From assembly GCF_009914755.1 (NCBI RefSeq), contig NC_060943.1: 64,000 nucleotides of DNA. One strand, given 5' to 3'. The notes under the pieces are model-generated. The model made no database searches, had not been told where the DNA came from, and worked only from the letters and a program-made list of their open reading frames with translations. Within the stretch, counting starts at the first letter, position 1; each line of letters begins with the position of its first letter. Of the stretch, positions 58,891 through 64,000 are shown piece after piece. The position numbers and the translations under genes are program-made. The stretch comes from the human T2T-CHM13v2.0 reference genome, Homo sapiens.

Positions 58891-59669
58891 TGTCACAACC
58901 AAACTGAGGCCCACTTGCCTGATGTGGTGCCCACAGCGAGGTTTTTGCAGTGATAGAAAAAAAGGTGCTTACTTGCAGGGTGCCAGGTGAAGACAACCAG
59001 GCAGCTATTGCTCAAATCCTGGCCTCCCTGACGGCTTGCAGGCGAGGGTTTTTAAAGGCAGGGTAAATTTCAGGAAAGAAGCTACAGGCAAAATAAAAAA
59101 TCAAATACACCATGGAGGTTTTACATTGGTTAAAGCTTAAAAAGGTAATGTACCTTGAAGTAGGGGGCTTATAGGTTGTAGGTAGAGTCAAAGATTTTCT
59201 GATTTTGTAATTGGCTAAGGAAGAGAAGCTTTGTTGACAAATTTTGGGTTACTGGAAACATGTTAACTGGCTAAGAGTGATTTTCTTTAAGCCCCCCAGG
59301 AACAAACAAAGCAATGAAGCTTAGTTCTCACTTCCCCCTTGTGTGCATCTGGACTCGTTAGGTGGGGTCGGCACCTCTGAAGGACAACTCAGGGATACAG
59401 GTTAAGGAGCAGCCTTTAGTTTCTATAGTGAAACCAAACATCTCTGGAGCTTTAACTTCCTGGGCTACCGTTTTAGGCTACGATATACTTTTATTTTAAC
59501 AAGTTGCTTATTTACTCCTGGGGCTTCTTTCACATCCACATACCCCTTCCTGAAGACCCAGCCCCAGGCTAGGTGTCTGAAATTTCTCTTGAAATAACTC
59601 AGGATTTTCCTTTATTTCCATGCTTAGGGTCTGCAGGCCCCTAAAAGAAGGGGTCCCTGCTTCATCTCA
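58891..59669 (-). mobile_element. ERV1 solo LTR (MER39-like, tentative) inserted into L2
   Basis: TG...CA termini and 4-bp TSD ccct (58887-58890, 59670-59673). Host L2 is continuous across the insert. Confidence 0.8.
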
Positions 59670-60560
59670 CCCTGAACTCCAAGATCACATATCCGACATC
59701 CAAGCTGGCATCCCCACTTGATTTGCATCTCAAGCTCAGCGCTCCCACTGCTGAGCTCCTAATCCTCCTCTGCTCTCCTCGCCATCTCTCCTGGTCTCAG
59801 TCAACAGCAACTTCATCCCCAACTGCTCAGGCCAAGAGCCCTGTGGTCACACTTGACTCCTCTTTCTACTCTCAACACAACTATCCCATCACCAAGTAAC
59901 CCATGGGCTCTGGCTGCAAAACTTCATTTATTCCCCCCAGAGTTGCCACCCTGGGTCAGGCCCAGTGATGGCTCATCAATGTCATTTCACGGCCACCTAA
60001 CAGGTTCCCAGACTTTGAAGTGGCTGGGTCTCCAGGCGGCAGCTGCAAGGGAACTCCTAAAACACAGAGGAAACCATGCCACTCCCGCCTGTCAACCCTC
60101 TATCAGCTTCCCTTTACACCTACAAGGACATGCACACTCCTGGCCAGGGCCCGGAGGCCCTGTGTGATCTGCACCCTGCCTGCTGCCTGACACACTGGCC
60201 CTGTGCTCTCCCACTTTGCTCCTCAGTGTCCAGTACCTGCTGCTCCTCCTGCCAGGCTCCATCCTTCCAAAGATAGCCAGGTGCTTGCTCTCTTCCTTCC
60301 AGTGTCTGCTCAAATGGCAGCTCATCAGGAAGGCCTTCCCTGGCTACGTTACATAAAAAGCAACTTGCTGGGCTCCCTCACCCCCAGCTGACTTAACCAG
60401 CCTAACTGTTCACCATCGGACTGTCCTGAACTCACTGGTGTATGTGTGATGCCTCTTGCAATAGGATGTGAGCTCCATGAGGGCAGGGACTGTATTGTGT
60501 TCACTCCCGTATCTCCAGCACTTGGAAAACAGTAGGCACTCGGTCAGGATTTGTTGATGA
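59670..60560 (+). mobile_element. L2 3' region (begins ~58865, split by the LTR)
   Basis: 'cctgaactccaag', 'gctcaggccaagagccct', 'gtgagctccatgagggcagggac', 'cagtaggcactc...atttgttgatga'. Confidence 0.75.
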
Positions 60561-60599
60561 GATGGTCTTTTGCTTTACATACCTTGACGGAATACAACC

Positions 60600-61260
60600 T
60601 TCACAAGGCACTGGTCAACACCATTACAATGCCTCCAGCCTGTCTCAGAGACTCACCCACAGTTATGCTATCCTCTCCAATACCATATGAATTCTGTCTC
60701 CACCTGTCCAGGAGGGGCTTCTGGGGAATATTGTCTAGAATCTGATCTGTTTTTTTGATATTCTTGATTGATAATACTGCTAATTAATTCTGGATATGTC
60801 CAATTATTCCAGATTTTCCAGTACTCACCATAACTTATACCCAACATTATGCCTTGAAGATTCCAAATTTCCCCAATTTTATATGTCATACAGGGGAGAC
60901 GGGGTTGTTTGAGGCACAGCCATAAATCACTATCGATAAGGAAATGCAAGATGAGTAGAACAAGTGTTTTTAAACTCTCGTTAGGCTCCATGGTCAGGCA
61001 GGACTAGGCGGTGTTGCATGCAACTAACAAACATCCCTTAGCACAGGGGTGCTTTGGTCTCCTATACTCATATCCAAAACCCACCCACATGTTGACTTCA
61101 CTGCTGGAATCTGTAAAAGGTTGGTTCGTATCTCTGTAAGATACTGATGGCCAGGTGGCCAGCACAGGTGGGATGGCCCTAACCTGCCCACCTTTGTGGC
61201 CATAGTTGCTTGTTATTATATCAAGTTCCAATGGACAGATTTAACCCATAAAGGTTGACC
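60600..61260 (-). other. Candidate endogenous bornavirus-like glycoprotein element (EBLG), decayed
   Basis: ORFs 61231-61004 and 60991-60668 share one frame, split by one TAG. Motifs LKQPRL, IGEIWN, WNNWTYP, SPEAPPG and FIWY/GEDSITVG are colinear with BoDV-1 G LNHPDI, VGVVWQ, WNESTYYP, TPEARPG and VMWFGRYFLGTVG (viral sequence recalled from memory). Confidence 0.7.
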
Positions 61261-61269
61261 AAAGGCAAG

Positions 61270-61574
61270 CAGGTCATGAGGTGCAAAATATGTTAAATAC
61301 AAGTCTTTCCAGTGTTTCAGGGCTTTAAGGAGATGGTTAATTCAACAGAATATCAGTCAGCAGAAAATCAGTCCTTTCCTTTCAGGGAGAGTCACAAAAG
61401 GATACTGTAATGGATGACCTGGAAGGCCCATGGGAGAAACTATGGCCATAGCCTCCCAACTCTTCAGAGAATTTGGAAAGGAATTTTAAAAAGGAATAGC
61501 ACATGAGTCAAAGTCATCTCCTTAGGGACTGGTCTATAATGTCCCTAATGATGGTTGGTTTCTTTAGAGTTCAC
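61270..61574 (-). other. Candidate bornavirus matrix-like (EBLM) segment upstream of the G-like region
   Basis: VNSK-x11-VP-x3-TL...FKIPF is in register with BoDV-1 M (MNSK, V16P17, T21L22, NIPF). Later PGHPL, DFLL and FNIF occur in order but with irregular spacing. Confidence 0.45.
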
Positions 61575-61777
61575 CTTTCAAGAAACCTTTCCCCCACCAC
61601 TATCACCATCACCACCAGTAAAAGGGGTTCACCTGCACATCCCCAACTTGCAATCCACAGAATGCACCTACCACCCCTTGACAGTGAAGCCTCTTCACCT
61701 TACTTGAAGAAGGATTCTCCTTTTGTAGAAGCCCCGCTATTAACCTCTCACATAAGGAACCCAGAGACTGTTCAAAA

Positions 61778-61979
61778 CAGGGGTTGGCAAACTACAGCCC
61801 ATGCATCAAACCCAAGGCTCTGCCTGTTTCCATGCATAAGTTCTACTGGATCACAGCCACACCCATTCTTCTACCCACTGCCCATGGCTGCTTCCTGCTA
61901 GGACAGCAAAGACCTGGGGCCCACACCATCTAAGACACTTACTACCCGATCCTTTATGAAAAAAATGTACCAATCCTTG
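61778..61979 (+). mobile_element. MER58A (hAT-Charlie)
   Basis: 'caggggttggcaaactacagccc', 'cacagccacacccatt'. Confidence 0.8.
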
Positions 61980-62659
61980 TCTTAGAGCAGTCAGCCAAAT
62001 CAACAGACACAAGAATGCCATTGTAAAAACACACAGCCACGCAGGACTGCTGTCCTGTCACCCACTTCCACAGTTAGCACACAGAGGAGAGTAGGCAAAG
62101 AAGTTTTGCCCATCAGCATTGTGGCAGATGCTGTGTGCCCCACAGCGTCCCCTGACTCCCACCTCTAGAATTGAAAGTTGCTTTCTGCAAACACCCTAGA
62201 CTCTGCCTGAAATTTTTTTCTGGCCAAACGAGGCAAGCTGAAAGCTGCCCCACAAGGCTGATCTTCATCATAGATACATGGGTAGTTGGTGGATAAATAC
62301 CTTAGCTCCTTCACTCTTCAGTTGGGCTAACACAGGTACCTCCAAAAAAATTCCTTTTTTGTTTAAACTAATTCAAACTGGCTTTGTAGCCCTTGTAATT
62401 TAAGAGTCCCAACTAATCTCAGTGAGCTTTTCCACAGCATCTTCTCCAGGAATTGATCAGGGACCAAGATGCCCAACACAGAGTCACTGGGCGCTCAGGG
62501 CTCTGCTGGGACAGAAACCCCAGGTAGGCCCGTTGAGCACCATGACAGTCAATACGCCTTGGCTCAAGAGAACAATGCTGGCCTCCCTACTCCCACCATT
62601 CAACCAGAGGCTCACACTTGATGGCAAGTCTCTGTGGCTTCTGGGGCTACGATGAGAAA

Positions 62660-63185
62660 TGACTTCTGTCCTCCAGGAGCCTGCATGACCTGCCTCTGCC
62701 TCTCTCCATGCTTGAGGCTGCCCCAGCCTCCCCACTCATAACTCTGCAGACTCACTGCCTTTCTTCCATTTCTTTCACCAGGCCAGGACTTTGCTCTCCT
62801 GGGGGACTTTGCAGTTGCTCTTCCTTCTGCCTGGAACATAGTCCCTAAGATTTTTAAATTGCTGGCTCATTATGGTCATTCAGTACTCAGCAAAAATGTC
62901 ACTTCCTCAGAAAGGTCTTCCTTGACTACCCTGTCTAAAGTGGGGCTGTCACTCCTGCCCCCACACTCTAACACATCACTCTGTTTTACCTTCCAATTAG
63001 CACTTGCTACTGTGAGTTCATCCTGCTTATATGTGTGCTTATATTATCGGCCTCTAACACAGCTCATGCTCCCGAAGAGCAGGGACTTGTCTCTTATTTA
63101 CTACTGTTGCCCCCAGCACCAAGAGAGCACATTATAGGTGCTACATCAATGTGTGTTGGGTAGATGAGTGAGTAAATGAGTGGAT
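62660..63185 (+). mobile_element. L2 3' region
   Basis: 'ttccttctgcctggaac', 'aaatgtcacttcctcagaaaggtcttcc', 'gagcagggacttgtct'. Confidence 0.7.
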
Positions 63186-63407
63186 AGAAGGAAAGAGGGA
63201 GGAAGAAAGGAAGGAAAAAAGAAAGGAAGGGAGGGAGGGAGGAAGGGAGAATAGAAATAAGATTGATTCCTCTCCAGAACTGCCCAGATCTTACAGCTTG
63301 GGGCTGGGTTGGTCACCACTTGAGCCAGAAATGTTTTCCCATAAAATACGTATCAATGAGAAATGTATTAAGCTGCAAAAGTCAACTACAATAGCTAAAA
63401 TATATGA

Positions 63408-63713
<306 letters not shown>

Positions 63714-63714
63714 T

Positions 63715-64000
63715 ATTTTTCTTACATAATAAGTGTCATGTTAGGCAGTTGCTAGCATCAGTTTAGCTGTTTAATGGTGTCATCAGAGACCCAAGCTCCT
63801 TTCCACTTCATTATCTTTAGTGTGGTGGCTCTCCCAGATGTGTCTTGCCTCATGGTCACAGGATGGCTGCTGCAGCTCAAACATCACATTTACACACAAG
63901 CAGAAAGAAGAGGAAGAGGTGATGACAGCTTTACCTATCTAATTCCTTTCAGGAAAGCAAAAGCTTTTGCTGAAACCTTCCACCAACCACATTATATCAC
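63715..64000 (-). mobile_element. MLT1-type MaLR LTR (probably also 63350-63409)
   Basis: 'gtcatcagagacccaagctcctt', 'ctcatggtcacaggatggctgctgcagctc'. Confidence 0.6.

Noticed and set aside
60545-60575. KDHLINK as a match to BoDV G ETDPINH
   Set aside because: These bases overlap the L2 3' tail (atttgttgatga), so the match is probably coincidental.
60600-61231. Gypsy RT/RNase H/integrase or ERV env origin for the unique minus-strand frame
   Set aside because: There is no YxDD, TDAS, HHCC or CKS-17/CX6CC motif and no flanking LTRs. The bornavirus G match explains more residues in colinear order.
61522-61548. 8-bp inverted repeat ttagggac/gtccctaa
   Set aside because: It is too short to exceed chance in 64 kb.

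Overview
Primate, almost certainly human, non-genic or deep-intronic DNA that is rich in repeats. It holds about 20 Alus, old L1M and young L1PA fragments, MIR/L2, MaLR, ERV1 and ERVL solo LTRs, MER DNA transposons, three minisatellites and several microsatellites. I see no credible cellular protein-coding exon, and the ORF track is mostly repeat-derived noise. The main result is about 1 kb of unique sequence on the minus strand (~60600-61574) whose translation resembles Bornaviridae glycoprotein G, with a weaker matrix (M)-like segment directly upstream. It is a candidate endogenous bornavirus-like M-G element; the comparison is by eye against BoDV-1 proteins recalled from memory and needs tBLASTn. 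Other notable structures are an L1PA insertion with a 3' transduction and twin-priming inversion inside a 21-bp TSD (6410-7708), and a 46-bp exact templated copy placed 2060 bp away inside an LTR (57465/59525). There is also a complex micro-duplication with a fold-back insert (4022-4215) and a minisatellite that arose inside an ERVL LTR. Repeat subfamily names are by-eye calls, and boundaries without a TSD are approximate.
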